Below are positions 7,932-15,825 of a DNA stretch of 32,000 nt, piece after piece. Location: assembly GCA_963774745.1 (NCBI GenBank), contig CAVZGE010000011.1, forward strand, positions 44,766-76,765. The letters are read 5' to 3'. How positions within the stretch are numbered: the stretch's first letter is position 1; the number at the start of each line of letters is the position of its first letter. Origin of the DNA: an uncultured Actinomycetes bacterium (GTDB taxonomy: Bacteria; Actinomycetota; Actinomycetes; S36-B12; CAIYMF01). The notes under the pieces were generated by a model. That model had not been told where the DNA came from and did not search any database. It saw only the letters and a program-made list of their open reading frames with translations. Made by a program: the position numbers and the translations under genes.

Positions 7932-9167
7932 TCAGCCCTCGCGGAGCGCCTCGAGCAGCAGCAGGGGCACCTGCTCGGTGCCGACCTCGGCCTCAACCAC
8001 GTTGCGCGCGGGTGCCGGCACGAGGACGGCGATCGACACGTTGTCGGTCGTCGTGGTCAGCAGTGAGCCGTGATAGGTCACGATGTCGCCGTCGTGGCCG
8101 AGGAGGAGCTCCCCGTCCTGCATCATCCGGACGGTGCCCAGCCCGTACCAGTCGTCCTCCCCGCCGTCGGCCTGGGGCTGGGTCATCTGCTCGACGAGGG
8201 TGGAGTCGATGACATGGCCGCCGTAGAGCAGGTAGCCCCAGCGGGCGAGGCTCGGTGCGTCCGCGGCGATTCCGCCCGCGGAGCCTGCCGCCGAGGCCAT
8301 CGACCGCGAGGGCAGCCAGGGCCCATCGTCGTCGACGGTGTCCAGGGCCGGGTCCTCCTCGGACACGGTCAGGGGCGGCTCGGGCTGCTGCGCATCCTGG
8401 AGCCAGACTCGGTCGAGCCCCGCCGGATCGATCAGGTCCCGCGTGAGCGAGTCGGCCAGCGGCACCCCGGTGACCGCCTCGATCATCTGGCCGAGCACCC
8501 AGTAGTCCAGGTTGTTGTAGTCCAACCAGCCCAGGCTGCCCTGGCGCGGGCCGTCGGCGTCGGCGAGCGCGATCGAGTCGGCGGTCGTCCAGCTGCGCTC
8601 GAGATCCTCGGCGGCGGCCCGCACGACCTCCTCGAAGGGGTCGAGTGGGAACCCGCTGCGCATCGCCAGGACCTGGCGCACCGTGGCGCCGCCGGTGTCG
8701 AACGGGACCGCGACGTAGTCGGTCACCGGGGCATCGAGGTCCACCAACCCCTCGCCGGCCAGACGCATCACCTCGGCCGCAACGAACGTCTTGGTGATGC
8801 TGGCGATGGCCATCGCGGACTCGGGCACCAGGTCAGTGCCCGCGCCGTCCTGGCCGGCGGCACCCTGCCAGGTCCCGTCCTCGGTCACGACCGCAGCGGT
8901 GACCCCGATGTTGTTGTCGCCCTCGACCCAGTCGTCGATCACGGCCTGCAGTCGCTTCGCCGTCGCCCCGGCGAGGGGCTCGTCACCCGGTGGCGGCGTG
9001 AGCGGGTCGGCGCGTGAGGCCAGGGCCGACGCCTCGGCCACGGCGGTCGGGGCGCTCGACGTCGCCTCGTCCGGCTCCCCGTTCGAGGTGCACCCCGTGG
9101 CGGCCAGTACGCCCAGGGCCAGGCCCGCGACCCACAGCCGTCGCGGTCGGTCGTCCATCATCACCAC
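7932..9167 (-). CDS. lipoprotein serine hydrolase (beta-lactamase / PBP4-like family)
   Basis: Lipobox LAATGC follows a hydrophobic segment. The SxxK active-site motif is SITKTF. Four clustered candidate starts: GTG 9167, GTG 9164, ATG 9161, ATG 9158. Confidence 0.8.
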   Translation of the reverse strand: MVMMDDRPRRLWVAGLALGVLAATGCTSNGEPDEATSSAPTAVAEASALASRADPLTPPPGDEPLAGATAKRLQAVIDDWVEGDNNIGVTAAVVTEDGTWQGAAGQDGAGTDLVPESAMAIASITKTFVAAEVMRLAGEGLVDLDAPVTDYVAVPFDTGGATVRQVLAMRSGFPLDPFEEVVRAAAEDLERSWTTADSIALADADGPRQGSLGWLDYNNLDYWVLGQMIEAVTGVPLADSLTRDLIDPAGLDRVWLQDAQQPEPPLTVSEEDPALDTVDDDGPWLPSRSMASAAGSAGGIAADAPSLARWGYLLYGGHVIDSTLVEQMTQPQADGGEDDWYGLGTVRMMQDGELLLGHDGDIVTYHGSLLTTTTDNVSIAVLVPAPARNVVEAEVGTEQVPLLLLEALREG

Positions 9168-9256
9168 GCACCCCCATCCCCGCGCGGACAGTCAGGCTCC
9201 CCTCCAGAATCCGCGCGCCCCGACCGCCCTGTCAACCCCTCGCCGGCGAGTCGGGG

Positions 9257-9302
9257 CGGTGATGGTCGGGTGCGGTGATGGTCGAGGGCCGTGATGGTCG
9301 GG
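9257..9302. repeat. three imperfect ~16-nt direct repeats (CGGTGATGGTCGRG)
   Basis: The units are cggtgatggtcggg (9257-9270), cggtgatggtcgaggg (9273-9288) and ccgtgatggtcggg (9289-9302). They lie in the 169-nt gap between the brxHI stop and the hydrolase start. Confidence 0.7.
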
Positions 9303-9336
9303 CCGCCCGGCCGCCGGGCCGCCAGGGCCGCCAGCG

Positions 9337-11433
9337 CTACCGCACGACCCGGAGCGTGGCCCGGGCGACCGCGGCGGCCGCGTCGGGATCGGTCATCCGC
9401 TCGCCGAGGACCGCGGCCGCGACGTCCCGGGGCAGGGCCGCGGCGAACTTCAGCCCGTCCAGGGCCTCATCGGTGATCGCGGGCGCGGCGCCCTCCGCCA
9501 GGCCGGTCGCAGCCGCTGCCCGCACCTGTTCGGCGTCGACCCGTCCGGCGAGGGTGATCCCGAGCGAGTCGGCGGTGGCCTCGAAGCCGCCCACGTCCAG
9601 GGCCGCGGCGAGGCTGGTGTTGGCCGCACCGCCGGCGTAGGTCCACCAGCGGCCGGCGCCCTCGTCGATGGCCAGGACCGTCCCGTCCTGCGTGACGGTG
9701 CCGGCGCGCTCGAACCGCAACCCCTCCAGCGCCGCGACTCCGCGCCGCGACAGCGGGACGCCCGGCTCCTCCCCGAGGAGCACGGCGCGCATGGACTGCG
9801 CCAGCTCCCGGCCCAGCCCGGTACCCCCGCGGCCGGACCACCGACTGCGTCCCCGCCCCTCGAAGGGTGCGACGTGGACGACCCGCCGCCGCCAGTCGAC
9901 GTGCGTGACGACCCAGGCCCGTCCGGCCAGGGCCAGCACCCGGGGTTGGCCCTCGGGCAGTCGCGCGGTCAGCGACGCCGGGGACACGCTGCCGACCTCC
10001 GCCCGCCCGTGCAGGACCGTCAGCTCGGGGTCGACGGTGAACACCGCCGTCAGGTCCATGAAGCTCCGCCGGCCGAAGCGCCGCTCGGCGGCCGGTCCGA
10101 TGAACAGCAGGTCTCCATCCGACTCCAGGAAGCCTTCGCCGAGCAGGTGGTCGAGGACCTCCTGGGCGCCGGCGAACACCGGCAGGTCGCCCCACCAGGC
10201 CGCCCATCCGTTGCGGCCGAAGGCGCCCTCCTGCAGGGCGAGGGCCAGCAGCTGCTGGGCGGTGATGTGCCGTGGGCTCGACGGTGGCACGACCGGTTCG
10301 ACGAACCCCGCCTGCCACAGGCGCAGCAGCCCGGCGGCCTGGAGGAACGAGTCGTGCCGGGTGGCCAGGAACAGGGTGTTGCGCTCGGTCCCGGGTCGCC
10401 GGCCGGTCCGGCCCAGTCGCTGCAGGAAGGAGGCGACGGTCCGTGGGGCGTCGACCTGGATGACCCGGTCGAGGTCGCCGACGTCGATGCCCAGCTCGAG
10501 GGTGCTGGTGGCCACGACCACGCAGTCGCGGGACTCGGCGAATGCCTGTTCGCTGCGGCGACGCTCCTCGGCCGACAGCGACGAGTGCGACACGAACGTG
10601 GTGATCTCCCGGGCGCGCAGTGCGATGGCCAGCTGCTCAGCCTGTGCGCGGGAGTCGCAGAACGCCAGGCGCTTCTCGCCACCGTGCAGCGCGGCGATGA
10701 CCTTCGCCGCGTTGACCACCGAACCCACGTAGTCCAGGGTCACGTCGGCGGACGGGGGCGCTGCCCCGCCCGGTGCAGGCGGGATGTCGGGGGCGACGAC
10801 CACCGCCTGCTGGGGCGGGACTCCCCCGCCCATCCAGGCGAGCAGGTCGTCGGGGTTGCCGATCGTGGCGCTGAGCCCGACGCGCTGGATGCGTCGCCCC
10901 GCCAACCGCTGCACCCGCTCGAGGACGGAGAGCAGGTGCCAGCCGCGGTCGTCCCCGGCGAACGCGTGCAGCTCGTCGATCACGACCGCGCGCACGTGCC
11001 CGAACAGCGCCCGGTGGTCGACGTTGACCGACACCAGCATCGCCTCGAGGGACTCGGGCGTGGTGAGCAGGATGTCGGGCGGGTCGGCGATCATGGCGCG
11101 CCGGGCTGCTGGGCCGACGTCCCCGTGCCACAGCCCCACCCGCCGACCCACCCACCCCGCGTACCCGGTGAGCCGCGGGTGCAGGTTGTTCAGCAGCGCC
11201 CGCAGCGGCGTGACGTAGAGCACCGACAGCCCGGACCAGTCGCCCTCGACCATCTCCGAGAGCAGCGGGAACACCGCGGCCTCGGTCTTGCCCCCCGCGG
11301 TGGGTGCCAGGAGCAGGGCGTCCCCGCCGGAGCGGACGGGCGCGACCGCCGCGCGCTGGAGCGGCCGCAGGTCGGGCCATCCCAGGGAGTTGACCACGTG
11401 GTACTCCAGGGCGGGGGCCAGCCCGGTGCTCAC
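9337..11433 (-). CDS. brxHI: BREX type 2 Lhr-like DEAD/DEAH-box helicase
   Basis: 698 aa from GTG 11433. That start overlaps the brxD stop (GTGA). Helicase motifs: APTAGGKTEAA (I), VVIDELHAF (II), SATIGN (III), TSTLELGIDVG (V), QRLGRTGRR (VI). It is the last gene of the pglYZ-brxD-brxHI string. The track ORF's extra 311 N-terminal residues are Arg/Gly/Ala-rich read-through across brxD. Confidence 0.8.
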   Translation of the reverse strand: MSTGLAPALEYHVVNSLGWPDLRPLQRAAVAPVRSGGDALLLAPTAGGKTEAAVFPLLSEMVEGDWSGLSVLYVTPLRALLNNLHPRLTGYAGWVGRRVGLWHGDVGPAARRAMIADPPDILLTTPESLEAMLVSVNVDHRALFGHVRAVVIDELHAFAGDDRGWHLLSVLERVQRLAGRRIQRVGLSATIGNPDDLLAWMGGGVPPQQAVVVAPDIPPAPGGAAPPSADVTLDYVGSVVNAAKVIAALHGGEKRLAFCDSRAQAEQLAIALRAREITTFVSHSSLSAEERRRSEQAFAESRDCVVVATSTLELGIDVGDLDRVIQVDAPRTVASFLQRLGRTGRRPGTERNTLFLATRHDSFLQAAGLLRLWQAGFVEPVVPPSSPRHITAQQLLALALQEGAFGRNGWAAWWGDLPVFAGAQEVLDHLLGEGFLESDGDLLFIGPAAERRFGRRSFMDLTAVFTVDPELTVLHGRAEVGSVSPASLTARLPEGQPRVLALAGRAWVVTHVDWRRRVVHVAPFEGRGRSRWSGRGGTGLGRELAQSMRAVLLGEEPGVPLSRRGVAALEGLRFERAGTVTQDGTVLAIDEGAGRWWTYAGGAANTSLAAALDVGGFEATADSLGITLAGRVDAEQVRAAAATGLAEGAAPAITDEALDGLKFAAALPRDVAAAVLGERMTDPDAAAAVARATLRVVR

Positions 11434-12752
11434 TCCGGGAGCTCCAGGTCGATGTCGTCGACGCCGGCGGCGGCCCGCTCCGAGCGGCTCATCTCCCCGC
11501 TGGCCAGCGTCGGGGCGTAGTGCTGGCGGGGGTCGAAGTCCGGGAACTGGTCGACCCGGTCCAGCACCTCCCCGACGAGCTTCTTCAGGAACAGCCGGGG
11601 CGCCACACCCACGCTGCCGCCGAGCCGTCCGGCCACGGCATCGGCAAGGTCGGCGATGTACGCGTCGTCGACCACGCCCGGCACCCGGGGGTCGGCGCCC
11701 ACCGCGTACAGGTCGCGCACGTTCCCCCCGAGCTCGACCAGCGACTCGCGGCTGAACCCGGCGAGCCGCAGCTGCACGGCGCGGGGGTTGTCGAACCGGG
11801 CGTCGGTGGAGAAGTCGGTGGCCAGCCGCTGCGCCAGCGGCGCCAACCGCTGCACGCCCTGGGTGCCGTCGAAGAACGCGGGCGTGCCGGTGATCAGCAG
11901 GTACAGCCCGGGGAACCGACCGGAGTGGACCTCGTCGATGAGCTGGCGAAGCGCGTTCAGCGCCTTGTCCCGGACGTCCCCACGCACGCGCTGCAGCGTC
12001 TCCACCTCGTCGAGGACCAGCACCAGCCCCGCGTACCCGGAGTCGCGCAGCACGATCAGCAGGCCCTGGAGGAATCCCAGCGCACCGAAGTGGTCCAGGT
12101 CGCCGCGCACGCCGGCGGCCCGGCGCACCGACGCGGCGACGTGCGGCTGCCCACCCAGCCACGACAGGATGCCCTCGGCCTGCGCGGCGTCCCCTGCCAG
12201 CGTGGCCTCCCGGTACCCGCGCAGGGCTGCGGCGAACGCCGGCGTGGAGCGGGCCACCGCGGCCAGCCGCTTCTCCAGCAGCGCGTCGACCTCCCGGTCC
12301 AGCGCGGCCTCGTCCATCGGGTCGGCTCCGGCCGCGAGCACGTCGGACTCCAGCGTGAACAGCCATCCGTCGATCACGTCGCGCAGCGCCGAGGGCGGGA
12401 ACTGGGCGGTCGCCAGGTTCTCGGCCACCCGTCGGTACACCGTCTCGAGCTTGTGCAGCGGCGTCTCGGTCTCGCTGATCTGCACCTCCGCGGAGGCGAA
12501 CCCCGACCGGCGAGCCTGCTCGACCAGCCAGCGGGAGAAGAACGTCTTGCCGGCCCCGTACTCGCCGCGCACCGCCTTGAACACGGACCCGCCGGCGGCC
12601 ACCGTCGCCAGGTCCTCAGCGACGGAGCCCTCGAACCGGGTCAGGCCCACGGCCAGCAGGTCGAGCCCGTTGGAGGGCACGGTCCCGCGGCGAAGCGCGT
12701 CGATGACCTCGAGCCGGCGGCGTTCGCTGACCTCCGGGGTGAACTCACTCAT
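11430..12752 (-). CDS. brxD: BREX ATP-binding protein BrxD (DUF2791-like)
   Basis: 440 aa from ATG 12752, which overlaps the pglZ stop (ATGA, 12749-12752). It begins MSEFTPEVSERRRLEVIDALRRGTVPSNGLDLLAVGL. Walker A is GEYGAGKTFF and Walker B is LVLVLDEVE. Its position between pglZ and the helicase is diagnostic of type 2 BREX. Confidence 0.8.
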   Translation of the reverse strand: MSEFTPEVSERRRLEVIDALRRGTVPSNGLDLLAVGLTRFEGSVAEDLATVAAGGSVFKAVRGEYGAGKTFFSRWLVEQARRSGFASAEVQISETETPLHKLETVYRRVAENLATAQFPPSALRDVIDGWLFTLESDVLAAGADPMDEAALDREVDALLEKRLAAVARSTPAFAAALRGYREATLAGDAAQAEGILSWLGGQPHVAASVRRAAGVRGDLDHFGALGFLQGLLIVLRDSGYAGLVLVLDEVETLQRVRGDVRDKALNALRQLIDEVHSGRFPGLYLLITGTPAFFDGTQGVQRLAPLAQRLATDFSTDARFDNPRAVQLRLAGFSRESLVELGGNVRDLYAVGADPRVPGVVDDAYIADLADAVAGRLGGSVGVAPRLFLKKLVGEVLDRVDQFPDFDPRQHYAPTLASGEMSRSERAAAGVDDIDLELPE

Positions 12753-15682
12753 CGGTCGGTCACGCCGAACTGGGTGCGCCACAGGGGCTCGTCGAGGACG
12801 ACGGTGCGACCGTCGGGATCCATGGACACCACCTGGTAGCCCTCCACGTTGAGCAGCCGGCGCAGGCCCGCCAGAGCCATCTGAAGCCGACCGGGTGGAA
12901 CCCCGAGTGCCCGGGCGACCTGCTCGGCAGGGGCCCGACCGCCGCCGGCGAGGAGCAGCCGGAGCACCTGGCGAACGGCAGCGTCGGACAGCGCACCCCG
13001 GCCCGCGGCGGCCCGGGTCCGCTGGTACACCGACGAGCCCAGGCATGCGTCGATGGCCGAGCTGTAGCCGGTGGCGAGCAGGTCCGCGGCCGCGTCGTCG
13101 GTCGGCGTGACCTGGTGGGTGTCCTGGATCGTCTGGAGGTGCTCCCGCGGCTCGACGGCGAACAGCCCCTCGCCGTCCTGCGTCGGCACCGAGCGCACCC
13201 GGCGCCGCGGCCGCACTGGCGCCGCGGCCGGGGGCGTCACGGCAACGGCCGGCGCAGCGCCCTCCCACCAGGACGGCGCCTGCTCGCCGGCCGGCTGCCA
13301 CCCGGCGGGGGCGAGGTCCACGCCGTTGCCCGCGAACACCAGCAGCGGGATCGTGACCTCGGCCGCCGAGGCGCCACCGTGGTAGCCGGCGGCCTTGTGC
13401 CCGTAGCGCAGGTCCTCGACCCACGGGGCCACGATCGAGCCGCCGCCGGCCAGCACCCGCGAGCCCGTCAGCAGCACCTCGTCCGGCCCGGCGGGACCGG
13501 TCGCGGCTGGGCGCCACCGCGTGTCGGCCAGCTGGCGCGGCTCGGACCGCCCGCCGCGCTCGACGACGTGCCCGTGGTCGGAGGTGATCACCACCGTGCG
13601 GCCGTGCTGCCGGGCGACCTCGAGCAGCGGGGCGAGGTGCTGGATGGTGTCGACCGACCACCGGGTGCCGTCGGGATCGTGCTTGGCCAGGGTGTCGTCG
13701 ACGGTGTTGAGGACCACGCCCACGACCTTGGCCGGCGACGCGATGGCCGCACTGACCTGGGGGTTGACCGCCGCCCCGGCGGGCGCCCTCAGGTCGTCCT
13801 TGTGGAACAGCGACCCACCGGTGACCACCGCGAAGTCGCGCTTCTCGTCGACCTGGGTGCCCTCCCGCAGCCGCCCGCACAGCAGGGACGTGCGCGAGAA
13901 CCGGGTCATCGTCGGAAGGGCGGCCAGCACGGCCGCGCGCGTCGCCCGGGGGCCCACGTCCGCGCCCTCGGCCAGCACGTGCTCGACCCACGACAGCCGG
14001 CTGATCCCGTCGCCGACGGCGGCCGCGACAGCCGCGCTCATCCCGTCGATCACGATCAGCAGCACCGGCGCGACCCGGGTCAGCGGCTCGACCACATCGA
14101 CCAGCACCCGCTCCACCGGCAGCAGCCCCGTGGGCAGCACGTCGCGGGAGGTCACGTCGGCCAGGAGCTCGGCGAACTGCCGGTCGTGCTCACGCCGCGC
14201 GGCCAGCACCACCTGGCACAGGTCGCTGTAGGCGGTGGCGACCTCCGCATGGGTGCTGCCCGACCACACGTCGGCCACGGCCCGGTCGACCCACCCGTCC
14301 ACCGCGACCTGCCGGCGCAACGCCGCGCCCAGGTCCGCGGGACCGCCCACCCCATCGGGCAGGCCCCCCGGAACGGCCGGCACCGTCCGTGCCGGCGCGG
14401 CGGGTGCGGCTCCCACGGGCGGGTGTGCCGCTGTGGGCGCTGAGGGCTCCGTGGCCAGCCAGCGCACCAGGCGGACGGCCATGTCGACGCGCTCGGTGTC
14501 GCCCGCGTGGTCCGACCAGGCGAGGTCGTGGGCGTGCAGCCGGCCCGCCGCCGACTCCAGCTCGCCGACGGCCCCGGCCGCAGGCAGGGCCCGCGGGCCG
14601 CTGGGCAGGGCGTCCACCAGGGCGCGGGCGACGTCGGCCAGGCGGGCGCGGTAGCCCTGCGGGTGGCTCGGCGAACGCTCGATCCCGGTCGGGAAGCCGG
14701 CGATGGCGAACGCCTCCGGGGTGTCGCGCCACACGTCGTGGCGGGAGCCCGGGTCGGTGTCGGCCAGCAGCCGCATGCGACCACGCGCCGCGGCCCCGAT
14801 CTGGCCGGCCGCCGACGCGCTGATCCGCGGCAGTCGATAGCCGGTCTCCCAGCCGCGTCGGGCCTCGACGACGTCCGCCGCGGCCGCGTCCTCGCCGTGG
14901 AGCACGTCGAGCATCAGCCCGAGGGCCAGCACGTGCACGTGCGCGGTGGTCCCGGATGCCGCCAGGTCGAGGACGGCTGCGGCGGCCGACCCGGCTCGCT
15001 CCCCGACCCAGTCGCGGATCGACTCGCGGGCCTGCTCGGACAGCCCGGCCCAGGCCTGGCGGACCCCCATGTCGCCCAACCGGTCCACGAGGCTGCCCAG
15101 CCCGACGTCGGCCCCGGGGACGCCGAGGACCACCTCGGTCACCGAGCCCAGGATGTGGTCGCGGGTGACCTGCTCGGTCGCACTCGGGGGGTACCCGCCC
15201 GGCGGCATCCACTCGAAGAGCAGCTCCGGGAGCCAGGGCATCGAGTGCCGCAGCCCCGCGTCCAGGTACCTGCCGGCGAACATGCCCGGAACGGTCGTCC
15301 AGGAGTCCAGCGGTTCCACGCGCTGGCGGCGGAACCGGGCCACCAGGGAGTCCCCGAGGTCGGCGACCGGACGGTCGGTCAGCAGGATCGCGAAGCCGCC
15401 CTCGGGCACCCCGACGAGCGCCTCGCGCACCGCCAGCGCCGACACGCAGCCGTGCACGGTCACCTCGGTGCCGTCGACGTCGATCCGCGACGGACCGTGG
15501 TACGCGGGGTCCGCTGCCAGCGCCAGGACCCGCGACCCGACCAGACGAGCCTCGCCGGCGCGGTCCGTGTCGCCCTTGCCGCCCGTGCCGCCCGTGCCGC
15601 CCTTGCCGACCAGCTCCCGGGCGTACGCCTCGATCGTGCGCGGGTCCGCGGTCGGCGGGCCGAGGGTCACTCCAGCCTCCAC
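12749..15682 (-). CDS. pglZ: BREX/Pgl alkaline-phosphatase-superfamily protein PglZ
   Basis: 977 aa, GTG start at 15682. PglZ-domain metal-site motifs LLIVIDGMSAAV and VVITSDHGHVVE are present. It is uninterrupted, sits downstream of pglY, and is coupled to brxD. Confidence 0.9.
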   Translation of the reverse strand: MEAGVTLGPPTADPRTIEAYARELVGKGGTGGTGGKGDTDRAGEARLVGSRVLALAADPAYHGPSRIDVDGTEVTVHGCVSALAVREALVGVPEGGFAILLTDRPVADLGDSLVARFRRQRVEPLDSWTTVPGMFAGRYLDAGLRHSMPWLPELLFEWMPPGGYPPSATEQVTRDHILGSVTEVVLGVPGADVGLGSLVDRLGDMGVRQAWAGLSEQARESIRDWVGERAGSAAAAVLDLAASGTTAHVHVLALGLMLDVLHGEDAAAADVVEARRGWETGYRLPRISASAAGQIGAAARGRMRLLADTDPGSRHDVWRDTPEAFAIAGFPTGIERSPSHPQGYRARLADVARALVDALPSGPRALPAAGAVGELESAAGRLHAHDLAWSDHAGDTERVDMAVRLVRWLATEPSAPTAAHPPVGAAPAAPARTVPAVPGGLPDGVGGPADLGAALRRQVAVDGWVDRAVADVWSGSTHAEVATAYSDLCQVVLAARREHDRQFAELLADVTSRDVLPTGLLPVERVLVDVVEPLTRVAPVLLIVIDGMSAAVAAAVGDGISRLSWVEHVLAEGADVGPRATRAAVLAALPTMTRFSRTSLLCGRLREGTQVDEKRDFAVVTGGSLFHKDDLRAPAGAAVNPQVSAAIASPAKVVGVVLNTVDDTLAKHDPDGTRWSVDTIQHLAPLLEVARQHGRTVVITSDHGHVVERGGRSEPRQLADTRWRPAATGPAGPDEVLLTGSRVLAGGGSIVAPWVEDLRYGHKAAGYHGGASAAEVTIPLLVFAGNGVDLAPAGWQPAGEQAPSWWEGAAPAVAVTPPAAAPVRPRRRVRSVPTQDGEGLFAVEPREHLQTIQDTHQVTPTDDAAADLLATGYSSAIDACLGSSVYQRTRAAAGRGALSDAAVRQVLRLLLAGGGRAPAEQVARALGVPPGRLQMALAGLRRLLNVEGYQVVSMDPDGRTVVLDEPLWRTQFGVTDR
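15573..15607. repeat. 9-bp in-frame tandem repeat near the pglZ 5' end
   Basis: cttgcc-gcccgtgcc-gcccgtgcc-gcccttgcc, which encodes GKGGTGGTGGKG at residues ~26-37 of PglZ. Confidence 0.7.
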
Positions 15683-15825
15683 GTGATCCGGACCTTCCGG
15701 CCCGGGTGCGCCGCCAACGCCTCGCCGATCTCCTCTGCCAGGGTCAGCATCCGGTCATCGAGCCCCTCGGCGACCAGGTCGAGGGTCACCTCGTCCGGGT
15801 TGGTGATCGGCGGCGTCGGCCCCGG
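15667..15825 (-). other. out-of-frame C-terminal tail of pglY
   Basis: A different minus-strand frame reads ..PGPTPPITNPDEVTLDLVAEGLDDRMLTLAEEIGEALAAHPGRKVRITWRLE* with TGA at 15667-15669. It is protein-like, has no start codon of its own, and overlaps the pglZ GTG start by 16 nt, resembling the other coupled junctions. Confidence 0.55.

Noticed and set aside
9257-9302. CRISPR array
   Set aside because: There are only three ~16-nt units with essentially no spacers, and no cas genes. No other regularly spaced repeats occur in the window.
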